64,000 nucleotides of DNA from Haliotis rubra (GCF_003918875.1 NW_025764992.1:2108001-2172000); one strand, 5' to 3'. Counted from the stretch's first letter, positions 51,401 to 63,228 are shown. The notes: a model not told the origin generated them from the letters alone. Numbers and translations are program-made.

Positions 51401-54400
51401 TTTGCCTTTTTGTTTCAAATGGTTACAATTTAGTATTGTCCTTCAAGCACAACTGTGCCTCTCTGGAATCTGTTGTCTTGGTGTCAACTGAGTCACAGAT
51501 AAAGACAGAGATGGTGGTGCAATGGAAGAAGATAAATTTATATCACTTCATGAGTTAATGATTTCACTTGGACCTCTTTCTTAATGTCCAGTGACGGCCT
51601 CCGTGGTGTAGTGGTTAGAGCGTCCGCCCGGAGAGCGGAAGGTCGCGGGTTCGATCCCCGACCGCGTCATACCAAAAGACGTTAAAATATGGTACTTGTT
51701 GGTCCCTGCCTGGCGCTCGACATTAATGGGTACAACAAGGACTGGTCGGCTCGGAGTCAGTATAATGTGTCTGAGTGGGGTATTCATGCTTCACTGCGGC
51801 ATGGTATTTCAGTGGGCTAGCACTATAAAACCAGCTTCAGTCTGGGCTAGTACAAGCAGCCGCACATACACATACACACGCATGCACGTCGTCATATGAG
51901 CGAAATATTCTCAAGTACGACGTTAAACCCAATTTCACTTCACCTCACCTCACCTCTTAATGTCCAGTAGTGAGATCTGTTACATGAGTGCAACATATTG
52001 ACCATGAGTAGATTAAACGATATATTAAATATGAATTAAAGTGTATTTTCTAATCCAACCATACCTACTGGGTGAAATATGTAATACATTTTAAAAAAAA
52101 ATATTTCCAATATTTTCTTTGTCTCTGAAATGTAGCATCATACTTGTCAGCTAATACACATTATCATGTGTTTCATCACATCTATGACAATTCCATTTGA
52201 TTTAACTTGCTTTTAATGGATTATCTAAGTATAAGTAGATCAAACGGTAGATTAAACATGATTTAAAGAATATATTTAATGCAGCTATGCGTATCTGAGA
52301 AATATTTTGTCCATCTGACGTGTTTTATAACATTTTCCTGAATGTCTAGACTGTAATTGACATTTTACCTAATACACACTAACATTGTTGTGTTAACTGT
52401 TCCACAGTCTGATATTGCCAGTAGATTCTCCATTCTTCATGAAAGTCATAATCTTGTTTATTCTGTTTCATCTGTACAGGTAAGAGGCGATACGACAGAA
52501 AACAGTCTGGATATGGTGGTCAGACCAAGCCTATTTTCCACAAGAAGGTAACTAAAACTGGAGACACATTTGTGCAACCTGAATTAGCTTCATCTTGATG
52601 AGAGCAAATTTTGTGCTTTCATTTGTGTAACAATATAGAGTAGTCTTTTTTAATTGAAATATTTGTCATAATTTTATATTGAGTTTGTAAATTTGGATAA
52701 TTGATAATCCTGACTAAGCACTTAATTTCCTTTTACCCAATTCTTCCCTGTGTTATAGGGACTGTTAGCCCTGTTTTGCATGGTTTACTCATATTCTGCC
52801 TACATCTCATTCTGCCTACAGACATGATAAAAGTGTAGGCAGAATGAGAAAAATCAGGTCACCTCTAATTTAGAAATGGACTTGTCCGTGACATAACATA
52901 ACAGAATCTTGATTGTATTCATATTTTATTTATATTAGATAACATGATATATAGACATTTGTATCGATGTTTGCATCGTCAACTACACAATACGAGTGCA
53001 TCGATACAAAACACATTTAGGCAATATATCAGGATATTTATATCGTGAGGGTCCAAGATACATCGATGTATCGTCACAAGAGACGTTATATTCCAATACA
53101 ACTAAAATACTACCTATTGCATTAGGAATAGGAAGGGAGTCTCTTTGAAATTCTTCTGAATTTTAATAACAAATTGAACCTTATAGGAATTTGTTTGTGT
53201 CTGATATATTTGTAACAGGAACGAAGGAGTTGGTGTATAAGTGAAAGAGTGAACATTTTTCAAACTCTTGAGAATTGTAGAATAGTTGTTTTCAAGTAAC
53301 TGAAATATGTTTTAGTTTGACAAATAACACCATTTAACAAACTCTGAGAATTGTAGAATAGGTATACTGAATGTTTGTACTTTCTTAAGCATTAAATGCT
53401 GAAACTTTATTAGATGAACTTTATTAGAAATCTGTATCGTCATTCATTGTAGATTGCTCATGGTTTGTTCAATATATTATTGAATATTTTAGACTTGTCT
53501 GTGTTCTATTTTGCTGGTTCAAAGGTGACTTTTACACCTTTTGTCAAGGCAAATTATTAACAGTAACAATGTTACATTTGACCACTTTCTAAAATGGCAT
53601 TGTATATTTAATAAGAAAACAGTTAGTAACAAAAACATAAGAATGTCCATATAACAAGGAAGAATCAAGCAGTCCACTTATCCAAACAACTCAAACCAAA
53701 AACCGAACACAAAAAAAAAACAAGTCACAAAAAAAAATCAAGCTCTTCCATTTTTTCTTGTGGGGAGGAAGGGTCAAGTATTATCTATAGCTTTCTCATT
53801 CTGCCTACACACTTGTGACCAGCAGACCATGACGTGTGTTGTTTTTAGCTGTAGGCAGAATGAGCTGTAGGCAGAATGAGAGGACACCTTTTGCATGATA
53901 AGTGTGTCCTATTAGCAGTAATGAAAACAGTGAAATAAATTAGCTTGATCATGTCACCGCATACTGTGTTTAGTAAACAAATATTGAAAACTCTCAACAT
54001 GGCTGTGGTTATTCCATGACAATGGTTGTGTAGAAGAAAGATCACTAAGAGGAGCTTATGCACACTCAATTACCCCTGCAATGGGGTCATGTCACAAGAC
54101 ATCGTTTTTGTGTTTTGGCAAGGAAATATCACAAATGAGCCTAATATGACATGTTTATAATGTTTTTGGTGCTGAAATCTAAGGCTTGATCTAATCAGAC
54201 TTTCAGAATTGTGGAAGGACGTGAAATTTTCTTTATGATTTTTTTGTCCCACAGAACATTTGAATATATTTTGTTTCTTGCGTTCAGGCAAAAACTACCA
54301 AGAAGATTGTACTTCGTATGGAATGCAGCCAGTGCAAATACAGGAAACAGCTCTCCCTAAAGCGCTGCAAGCACTTCGAGTTGGGTGGTGACAAGAAGAG

Positions 54401-55068
54401 GAAGGTATGTAGTTGGGGAGGGTCTGGGCAGTTATGTCCCTTGGAGGAGTTAGATGTTCATGTGCAGCGTTGCTGTTGTAGTAGGGAATCGACAACCCCC
54501 TCAAGTGTTTCATAAACATTGGGGTTTATAAAGCTCAATAACATCTGAGAATGTTTGATATCCTGTAAAGTTTTGCCTTTTTGTTTCAAATGTTTACAAT
54601 GTAGGATTGTCCTTCCAGCACAACTGTGCCTCTCTGGAATCTGTTGTCTTGGTGTCAACTGAGTCACAGATAAAGACAGAGATGGTGGTGCAATGGAAGA
54701 AGATGAATTTAGCATTTCATGAGTTAATGATTTCACTTGGACCTCTTTCTTAATGTCCAGTAGTGAGATCAGTTACATGAGTGCAACATATTGACCAAGT
54801 ATGAGTAGATTAAACGATAGATTAAATATGAATTAAAGTGTATTTTCTAATCCAACCCTACCTTCTGGGTGAAATACGTCCAGTTGTGAGATCTGTTATG
54901 TGAGTGCAACAGACAACACAGTGCTAATTCATCTCTTTCACGAGTAGCATATGATGCATTAGAAATTAACAGCTAATGTCTTCAGATATATGATATAGCG
55001 TTTGAATCCAAAATTCTTTTCTAATACTGTGCCTTTTTGTTTTGCAGGGCCAGATGATCATGTTCTAG
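48462..55068 (+). CDS. RPL36A: 60S ribosomal protein eL42 (L36a/L44), 106 aa. Exons 48462-48464 (ATG only), 49476-49587, 52480-52547, 54288-54404, 55048-55068
   Basis: [20 protein letters not shown]...[39 protein letters not shown]...[21 protein letters not shown]. All junctions are GT-AG and in frame. Pyrimidine-tract initiator upstream and AATAAA at 55096-55101. Confidence 0.97.
49999..50442. mobile_element. MITE-like element in RPL36A intron 2
   Basis: TIR agcagacttgcctatcc / gggtaggcaagtctgct. Confidence 0.65.
50547..50727 (+). ncRNA. Intronic box H/ACA snoRNA, copy 1 (possibly SNORA81-like), RPL36A intron 2
   Basis: Hairpin 1 (cttcca/tggaag, gcac/gtgc, tctctg/cagaga, atctgt/acagat). 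H box AGATGA at 50637-50642. Hairpin 2 (gcat-tcatg/catgagtgc, gatttcact/agtgagatc, tggac/gtcca). ACA at 50722-50724, 15 nt from the base of the upper stem. Sense-strand in a ribosomal protein intron and conserved in three copies. Confidence 0.8.
51440..51998 (+). pseudogene. H/ACA snoRNA copy 2, disrupted by a SINE insertion (51593-51954)
   Basis: Same sequence as copy 1 but split at the apex of hairpin 2 by a SINE with duplicated target tcttaatgtccagt (51579-51592 and 51955-51968). Also has stem-breaking substitutions (cttcca>cttcaa, gcatttc>tcacttc). Confidence 0.75.
51593..51954 (+). mobile_element. tRNA-derived SINE, family B, inserted in snoRNA copy 2
   Basis: Full length with A/B boxes and (cacct)n tail. 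TSD up to 14 bp. Confidence 0.92.
52788..53880. mobile_element. Non-autonomous DNA transposon with repeated subterminal motifs, RPL36A intron 3
   Basis: Motif ctcattctgcctaca is arranged forward-forward-reverse at the left end (52788-52850) and forward-reverse-reverse at the right end (53792-53880), a mirror image. Confidence 0.7.
54611..54791 (+). ncRNA. Intronic box H/ACA snoRNA, copy 3, RPL36A intron 4
   Basis: Near-identical to copy 1 (about 3 substitutions). H box AGATGA and ACA (54786-54788) are intact. A diverged 3' fragment follows at 54878-54914. Confidence 0.8.
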
Positions 55069-55095
55069 ATGTGTCCAGCCTTTGTGTATAAAAGA

Positions 55096-55101
55096 AATAA
55101 A
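55096..55101 (+). terminator. Polyadenylation signal of RPL36A
   Basis: AATAAA 27 nt after the TAG, followed by a GT-rich downstream tract (ttgtgtctttgtgttc). Confidence 0.75.
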
Positions 55102-55140
55102 TGGGAGAGCTTACTTGTGTCTTTGTGTTCATTCCATGAT

Positions 55141-55295
55141 GGGGCAGTGGGGTAGCCTAGTGGTTAAAGTGTTCGCTCGTGACATGACCGGAGTTAGATT
55201 CCCCACATGGTTACATATGCGAAGCCCATTTCTGGTGTCACCCACAGTGATATTGCTGGAATATTGCTTAAAGTGGTGTTAAACTAAACTCACTC
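55141..55295 (+). mobile_element. SINE family A just downstream of the RPL36A polyA site
   Basis: A/B boxes and tail are recognisable. It contains the left breakpoint of the 1.07-kb duplication. Confidence 0.8.
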
Positions 55296-57364
55296 TTTGC
55301 ATGATGGGGTGTGTGAGAGTACTAGAGAGGCCTTCACAGTAACGAGAACTTGATTGCCTTAATGGCTGCCAGATGTTAATGTTTAATTCAGTTCACACCA
55401 GTCAATAATTGCTGATTGGTACAGAGACTACTGAGAAGTGTCTTCAAGATACTGGTTTACTGGCATGGCAGATGAATATACTTGTAGCTGTTCTATTACC
55501 GGGACTGCTTCAATCCAATACACCTAACTCAACTTGTATGCTGCAGTTTGTAATACTTCTGATTTCATGACGGAGGGTATAATTAGTACAGACAACATAT
55601 TCAAACATTTCATTCAAAACAGATGAATCTTCACATAGGTATGTGTTGGTTTCTGGGTTTGTGCTAAGAGGCAATCAAATGGATCAGGCTGTGACTTAGT
55701 TGTCTGCATGGGATGCAGCTCATATCAGTCACTGGATTGTCTCCACCTGACTTGAGTATTTACTGGCCATTGTATATGTATACCTGACATCTGTGACATC
55801 TGTACTTCGTGTTTAGTATGAATCTATGGACATGTTCTTTTGCAGCTTTCTCCTTTTGGGAAAAATCACAACTCGACAGCATTCTTCCATTCTTGTTCTG
55901 GAGTAAACTCTGGATTCTAGCACGAAAAAGGTAGCTGGAATATTGCGGAGTGTCATGTTAACAAAAAGTTAAACCCATTGAGATTCTCCTGCAGAACAGA
56001 ATCAGTGGGGTAGCCTTGTGGTTCAAGCGTTAGCTCGTAACATCGAAGGCCTGAGTTCAATTCCCCACATAGGTACAATGTGTGAAGCATATTTCTGGTG
56101 TCCACCGAGGTGTCGCGAGAGTCATATTGTTGGAATATTGCTAAAAGCAGTGTAAAACTTACCTCACTCATGTAGAATAGTTGATTAGCACTGACCTGAA
56201 TGATTCAGATGTTGCTATGATGATCTTAATGATCATGCTATCAACCAGTGGTTTACCAGTATAAACAAATTACAGGTGGAAACCTGAAGCCCATTTCTGG
56301 TGTCACCCACAGTGATATTGCTGGAATATTGCTTAAAGTGGTGTTAAACTAAAATCACTCTTTGCATGATGGGGTGTGTGAGAGTACTAGAGAGGCCTTC
56401 ACAGTAACGAGAACTTGATTGCCTTAATGGCTGCCAGATGTTAATGTTTAATTCAGTTCACACCAGTCAATAATTGCTGATTGGTACAGAGACTACTGAG
56501 AAGTGTCTTCAAGATACTGGTTTACTGGCATGGCAGATGAACATACTTGTAGCTGTTCTATTACCGGGACTGCTTCAATCCAGTACACCCAACTCAACTG
56601 GTATGCTGCAGTTTGTAATACTTCTCTGATTTCATGACGGAGGGGTATAATTAGTACAGACAACATATTCAAACATTTCATTCAAAACAGAGATGAATCT
56701 TCACATAGGTATGTGTTGGTTTCTGGGTTTGTGCTAAGAGGCAATCAAATGGATCAGGCTGTGACTTAGTTGTCTGCATGGGATGCAGCTCATATCAGTC
56801 ACTGGATTGTCTCCACCTGACTTGAGTATTTACTGGCCATTGTATATGTATACCTGACCTGTGCTGACATCTGTACTTCGTGTTTAGTATGAATCTATGG
56901 ACATGTTCTTTGCAGCTTTCTCCTTTTGGGAAAAATCACAACTCGGACAGCATTCTTCCATTCTTGTTCTGGAGTAAACTCTGGATTCTAGCACGAAAAA
57001 GGTAGCTGGAATATTGTGGAGTGTCATGTTAACAAAAAGTTAAACCCATTGAGATTCTCCTGCAGAACAGAATCAGTGGGGTAGCCTTGTGGTTCAAGCG
57101 TTAGCTCGTAACATCGAAGGCCTGAGTTCAATTCCCCACATAGGTACAATGTGTGAAGCATATTTCTGGTGTCCACCGAGGTGTCGCAGAGTCATATTGT
57201 TGGAATATTGCTAAAAGCAGTGTAAAACTTACCTCACTCATGTAGAATAGTTGATGAGCACTCATGAGTGACCTGAATGATTCAGATGTTGCTATGATGA
57301 TCTTAATGATCATGCTATCAACCAGTGGTTTACCAGTATAAACAAATTACAGGTGGAAACCTGA
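55221..57364. repeat. Tandem duplication of about 1.07 kb (55221-56285 and 56286-57364)
   Basis: Second copy restarts at gaagcccatttctggtgtcacccacag and ends at caggtggaaacctga. The copies differ only by a few substitutions and small indels. Confidence 0.93.
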
Positions 57365-58083
57365 CGTCTGTAGGAAAGACAGTTGCAGCTTTTGACATGA
57401 CACAACACAACCAGCATGCATTAAAAATAGATAACATTTTATTTATCTGTTTACTATTGACAACTAACAATATTTTGTGCGGTTGGAGATGATTAGTGGC
57501 TAAATGTTCTCTCAGGACACTGAAAACAAGTTTGATTCCAAGGTTGATTTGTAGGTACAAAGTCTGAAGCCCATTTCTGGTGTTCCCTGCCATGATACTG
57601 CTGGAATATTGCTAAAAAGGCAGTATTACCGTAACTCCCTTGCTCAAATTATTTCGGATTTATCAAATACCAGTTTTAAGTACAATTACGAAAACAATTT
57701 CAAGGTGTTTGGACAGAAGAAATCATACGTTATATTTTGATTTCCTTCATGTAAAGTGAATGCATTGTTTGGAGGGAAGCAAGCAGTCAACTATGATTAA
57801 TAATCACTCGTGAAGGTATCCGAGAACAAATGGGGTGACTGAAAACAGTAAACATGCTGACGAGGCTTGTGTTCTGTTCCAACTGGACATGGACGATCAT
57901 CACAGTCCGCATTTGTGCAGCAGTTAGACTGTGGCTGAGGAGGTACCTGTACATGTTAGAAAGAGAGGACCATACATTTATTACACTGCTGGCCCATCGA
58001 AAATTCAAATTCATACTTCTGGAAGGCCAAGAAAGGGACTGACAAGTCATATTTAGTGTCTTAATTCATGTCGTAATGGCCTA

Positions 58084-58249
58084 GGGGCTGGTGGGGTAGC
58101 CTAGTGGTTAAAGGATTGGCTCGTCACGCCGAAGACCAGGGTTCGAATCCCCACATGGGTACAATGTGTGAAGCCCATTTCTGGTGTCCCCTGCCGTGAT
58201 GTTACTGGAATATTGCTAAAAGCGGCGTAACACCAAACTCAGTCAGTCA
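58084..58249 (+). mobile_element. SINE family A
   Basis: Full length. TSD gtcgtaatgRccta. Confidence 0.9.
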
Positions 58250-58754
58250 GTCGTAATGACCTAAATGTGTCGACTGATGCCCATGATGTCACCCATGTGA
58301 TGATACAGGTCCAGACTTGATTATTTTCAGACTGCCCTCTTATAGCTTGAAGGTTGCTGTATGTAGTGACACAAAAATCATCATTGATCAGGCTTTTCAG
58401 TCAATTTAGACCTAACACTTCCGTTTTGAATGAGCTCAGCTTTAAACTTGCTTTAGCACACATTACCTCGCTGATCCCTTAGAATCTAGAGTCAATACAA
58501 CTACATTGTACTAATTTCCTGAATATGTAGGCAATGACCACACCCTTGGATTATCTTCAGAGGATAATGGGATCACTTCTCACTTGTGCATCTTCAACTT
58601 TTCAAATCTTATACTCCCGAGTCTACAAGGACTGTAGAGGGCTTGCCAGGTGATGAATTGGAACTGTTGTTCGTGTGACCTAAAAATACAGATTTTCCAG
58701 TTTTTGACTGCCATGTTCCTTTGTCACAGTGTACACTTGCTCAATGATTCAACT

Positions 58755-60077
58755 CTATGATTTATCTATAAAGTAGATGTGTCTCTTCCCAACAATTAAA
58801 TCATGCTCCTTGGAAACAGTTTCCACATAATCCTTCTTAGGCATGAGGCTCCACTCTCTTCCAAGACAGCTTGAAACTGCAGAAGCCATTCTATTCTCCT
58901 CCCAATTAGCTTTTGCGAAGTCGATCGCTTCCTGTGGCACAACCATTTCATCCGGGACATCAAATCTGAATCTTACCATATCCTCTTGTATATGAAAGTT
59001 TTGTAAATTTTTGTTTAGAAACACAATGATGAGCAGTGTGCTACTGGAGAGTACATCCCTTGTTGCAAGAGTGTGTAGCTTGGGACATGTTTGTACGATT
59101 CTGACAATACTTGTGTCATGAGAGTTGGAAACTACATCTTTGTAGCCATAGCGACAGCTGGAAGCCAGAACATTGTAGTTGACAAACTCTTCCAGCCTGT
59201 TGCCATAGTTGGCCAGAGCATCACACAGTTTGTTATAATGCACAGAGGTCAAGGTCATAAGCACCAGCGACACCAGAGGAACACTGGGCTTGAACAATTC
59301 CTCATCCAAGTTGCCCAGGACTTTCACATGAAAATACACTCGTAGCTGTTTGTGACTAGCCAGATCCTGCCACTGGTCTTCACTCAGATTATTCATTCGT
59401 TGCTTTTGTTGGTGTAGTCTGATGCGGAGTATCGTGAGAGACATTCCAGCGAGGTGCTTGATGAGGCTGTAATGGACGTGGTTGTAATCGAGTGCAAGTT
59501 CCTGAAGGTGAACCAGGTACATCAGAGAACTAACTGAGTAGGAAGGGAAGGAATTCACCAAACTCAGCTTCTGTAGAGTCTGGCAATGTTGCAGTCCAAT
59601 TGGCAGGGGATCATTATTTGAAGCAGGTGTAAAGGTTAGCCCTCTCATTTGCACACTTTTCAAGTGTACGTTCCTCTGAAGAAAGTCATGAATAAGTGAT
59701 CGGAAACCATTTGGAAATGCAATTTTTCCATTATTGCAGAGAGCAATGGTTTCTACATTTGCACAAGTGTTCGAGATTTCTGTAAATATGTCAAAAGAGT
59801 CACTGTCACAGAAAGAAAGTTCAACATGTCGGAAATATCGCCCGTAATCATGAATGCAGCTTATCAGACCAAGTATTAAGCTTTCATCGTTTTTAAGGTC
59901 TGTTCCAAAGTCTTCATCATCACGCAGATGTGTGAAGTATTTCCAGACATGTGGTACTGACAGTACCCTGTTCCAGGCCTGGCACACATGCCCCATCTTC
60001 AGTCTCTCACATGGGTGTAAGTAGCTGAAGATACTGGCCAGATTGACCTCGGGGAGACCAGCCCACTCAGCAGCCAT
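58755..60077 (-). CDS. F-box/leucine-rich-repeat protein, FBXL3/FBXL8/FBXL21-like, 440 aa, single coding exon
   Basis: Long ORF. True start is probably aagATGG at 60077, 10 nt after a splice acceptor (ttcactttcag, exon starts 60087). N-terminal F-box WAGLPEVNLASIFSYL...VCQAWNRVLSVPHVW, then LRR-like segments (LQKLSL, LQELALDYN, CPKLHTL). Exact orthologue not assignable by eye. Confidence 0.85.
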   Translation of the reverse strand: MAAEWAGLPEVNLASIFSYLHPCERLKMGHVCQAWNRVLSVPHVWKYFTHLRDDEDFGTDLKNDESLILGLISCIHDYGRYFRHVELSFCDSDSFDIFTEISNTCANVETIALCNNGKIAFPNGFRSLIHDFLQRNVHLKSVQMRGLTFTPASNNDPLPIGLQHCQTLQKLSLVNSFPSYSVSSLMYLVHLQELALDYNHVHYSLIKHLAGMSLTILRIRLHQQKQRMNNLSEDQWQDLASHKQLRVYFHVKVLGNLDEELFKPSVPLVSLVLMTLTSVHYNKLCDALANYGNRLEEFVNYNVLASSCRYGYKDVVSNSHDTSIVRIVQTCPKLHTLATRDVLSSSTLLIIVFLNKNLQNFHIQEDMVRFRFDVPDEMVVPQEAIDFAKANWEENRMASAVSSCLGREWSLMPKKDYVETVSKEHDLIVGKRHIYFIDKS

Positions 60078-61979
60078 CTTGGAACCACTGAAAGTGAAAG
60101 TAGAGAAATAATCAAATGTGAAACCACAATTACTTGAGTTTGCACATTCAGCAATATTCCAGCCATGACGATGATCTGAAAATAACCAGGTATGGACTGT
60201 AACATATGTATGTCTGGCCAACAGAGGCTCACTAAACAAAGTATTGCTAGTTGTAGGTTTGCAGTACATACTAAGGGGGGATCACTCTCATCTGACTTCC
60301 TGTTCAAGGCCATATGGTCACAGCACCTGCCACTGTAAGCATCCAAGTTCCTAATAAAGCTTTCTAACACAAAGCTCAACTTTGTAACCTCATTACATGG
60401 ATCGTGCAAAAATGGACTGATATCGGAAATGTCCCCAGCTGTGGCTGTGTGCCTTGCATAATATTTTTCAGATGATTAGTAAGGAGAAATATCCTTTGCT
60501 ATTAGTGTGATGAAAAGCCATTTATGTGGATTTTGGAGCAAATCACTGCATCTCATGAAAATAAGAATGGATGCATATACATGTAATTACCTATGTGAGT
60601 CCCATGGGTTGCAAAAAACATATAGCTGAATGAATATATTTAATTTTAGACATCAAAGTATTGATGTAAAGTTTACTATCCAAGGTCATTTCTTCACTCT
60701 ATCACCTTCATAATGCTGCAGAGAAAATCTAATCCATAAGTTTGATGGAGAGTTATTGAGGGTCATAAACTCACAGCATTAAAAGCAACCCTGTACTCAT
60801 ATCATAAATGGCAATATGATATTATACGCTTGTGCATTTGGGAAGATACGTCCAACACAAATAACACATTCTTCAGATGAAAACAGTTTTTTGCCTTGCA
60901 CAAACATTTTTCAGATGATTAGCCAGGAGAAACCTAGAAAAGATATTCACCATAACACAAATGAAACACCCATAAAAGAACTAGGGTCGGCCTCCTGAAG
61001 TTGCTTACAGTTAGAAAAAATATGGGTGACAGTTATCACCCTGGGTCCCAGAAACAGCAGCCTCAGTCCCGGAGCTCAGTCATTGGCGGTCAGGGTGAGA
61101 GTGTTTTACACCCACCCCTGTATTTGCTTCATGCAGACAACCACATCACTGACTGAAATTTTGATGAATTAAATCTTTTGGCTGTGATTTCAATCACTTA
61201 CAATGACTACAAATAGTGGTCATTTCAATTTATACATGGCACATTTTTCTTTGCTCATTTTTGTAGAATTTCAGGCTTGCTAAATCATAAATAACTTGAC
61301 AATGGACGCAACGAATTTATTAGCGCATCCACAGGACGCAGAAAAAGTCCAAATACTTTTTGTAAAAATTCCAATCAAGTAACAATAAGTTATCAGTGAG
61401 TGTGCTACTAGCTGGTTAAGGTATCATTTGCAATTTAATTACTGTAACAATATAACAATTACTGATGATCATGATACACAATACAATAACAGTAACTGAA
61501 TTATAGTATCAATGATAATATTTAAGTGTCTGGGATCCCCATTTTGTTGTCCAGGACCCCTGAAAAATAAGAGTGTGAGTCTCAGGGACCCTCAATTACA
61601 ATGACTCGAGGTAAATCCCTGTGTCAGGTGTTACTTCAGTCCTCCAGTCTTTGGTTAGAGTTTGATGGCTACCTCTAACATACACAGCTGGTGTTAAGGT
61701 TGTTATCCAAAAGTCATTGGGCACTGCTGTATACACAATGATTGAGCTTCATTAACATCGGTTTCAGCTTTAACAACCAAAAAGTCTTGAAGTTATTGTA
61801 AATTTGATGAAAGTCGTGGCCATCAAGGCAGCATTTTCAATGGTTAATATGAATGGACAGCACATTTGGTAGAAAAAGTCTTAGACGAAACTAGACGAAA
61901 CTAACGTTGGTTATTTGCGATATATAACAGTAACTTCATAGCCCATACATTCAAGCTGACGAATGGGCGTACATACTCA

Positions 61980-62601
61980 CTAATTCTGGAACGCGGAAGT
62001 CACATATATACCGTAATCAGTGTGTAAATACTGTAATGGGGAAGGGGGGCGGATACCAAAAGCTGTGATCATAACACCATCTTACCCTTTCAAATGTTTG
62101 TCTTCCATTTCATATCTTCATTCTCCATGTGAAGACAAACACTGTCATGATGTACGTCTTGATACTCATCGACACGTGAGTCGGTGTCAATAACAAATTA
62201 TCACGTGATTTACAAGTTTATGACGCACGTTGCTACAGTAAACACTTCCAAATTAAACTAGGCTTCTGTCTACACTGTAAGCGTTATGCTTGCCGCGCTT
62301 GCCATCGAGGAAACTAGTTAGATTCCTGAGCTCGAAATACGCATGCCTGGAGAGAGGCATTCTGGGATATAATTCCAGAGGAAAACAAAATCAGATGGTA
62401 AGTATGGAAAATATTTTTTGTTATAGCTCAAAATTTAGATCTGGTATTGTTTAAACAGTTTTAAATATTCTCGAAAATAATAAGATGAACTAGTTTTTAT
62501 TTCTAAACGACATTATTCCTCTCAATTTGTTAAAAAAACATGTGAAGAGCTGGTTGTACCGAATGTGTTCCATTTTCGTGCAGTAAGTTTATCATGGTAA
62601 C
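61980..62601. promoter_or_regulatory. Probable bidirectional promoter region, F-box gene (-) / IFT88 (+)
   Basis: Local CpG enrichment and divergent splice donors (minus-strand GTAAG after 62086 and GTGAGT after 61981; plus-strand GTAAGT after 62397). E-boxes at 62173, 62202, 62226. ZNF143-like GCATTCTGGGA at 62357. RFX X-box-like GTTTATCATGGTAAC at 62587-62601. Confidence 0.6.
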
Positions 62602-63228
62602 GAACGTCTTCAGGTCGATTTGCGTGAATATTTACACACACTATCGGATGCAATCCGTGTATTTGGCAATCCAGACTGAAAATTACATGAACATTTTACA
62701 AGGTGTAAAGAAACATGTCGGATTTATTCCTGGAAGACTCCTCGTTATTTGAATGCTATAGGATTAGGAGTAAAACTGCATTAGGTCTTTGTCAACAGAC
62801 AACACAGCTACCACAGCCACAGTTCCTTCTGTTCAAGTATACTCAAATGTTATTCAAAGTTAGTCATTTTGAAAATTACAATTTGCACAGATACAAATGT
62901 TATGGTCGATGGTCAAAATGGGACAGTTCAGTCAAGACATGACCATGCAAGTCACGCCTCTCTTCTTCAAGAATTAAAGATTGGGTGTTATATCTCACGC
63001 AGAGGCATTGTATGGACCAGAAGAACAGTATATTATATGTAATTGTAGTTGTGCTATGGTCCTTTGTTGAACATGGGGAGCCATGATTTTGGATATAATT
63101 TAATTATGTTTAATGAATCAGGTATGGACACATAGTAACTAGATGGTGTGTAATAACTAGATCTGCAGTGTGTATTTCACTTTTCATATTGTCCATGTTG
63201 TATTTGAACAGGTGTGGATGTGCATGTT

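Noticed and set aside
49476-52547. Unusual eL42 features (C-x4-C first zinc knuckle; cycloheximide-resistance site)
   Set aside because: C-x4-C spacing is also found in yeast and plant eL42, so it is probably ancestral. The GQTKP motif has the ordinary proline, not the resistance-associated glutamine.
60078-60269. 64-aa N-terminal extension of the F-box ORF in the ORF track
   Set aside because: It begins at a non-ATG codon and spans a polypyrimidine tract and splice acceptor at 60088. The F-box begins right after ATG 60077.
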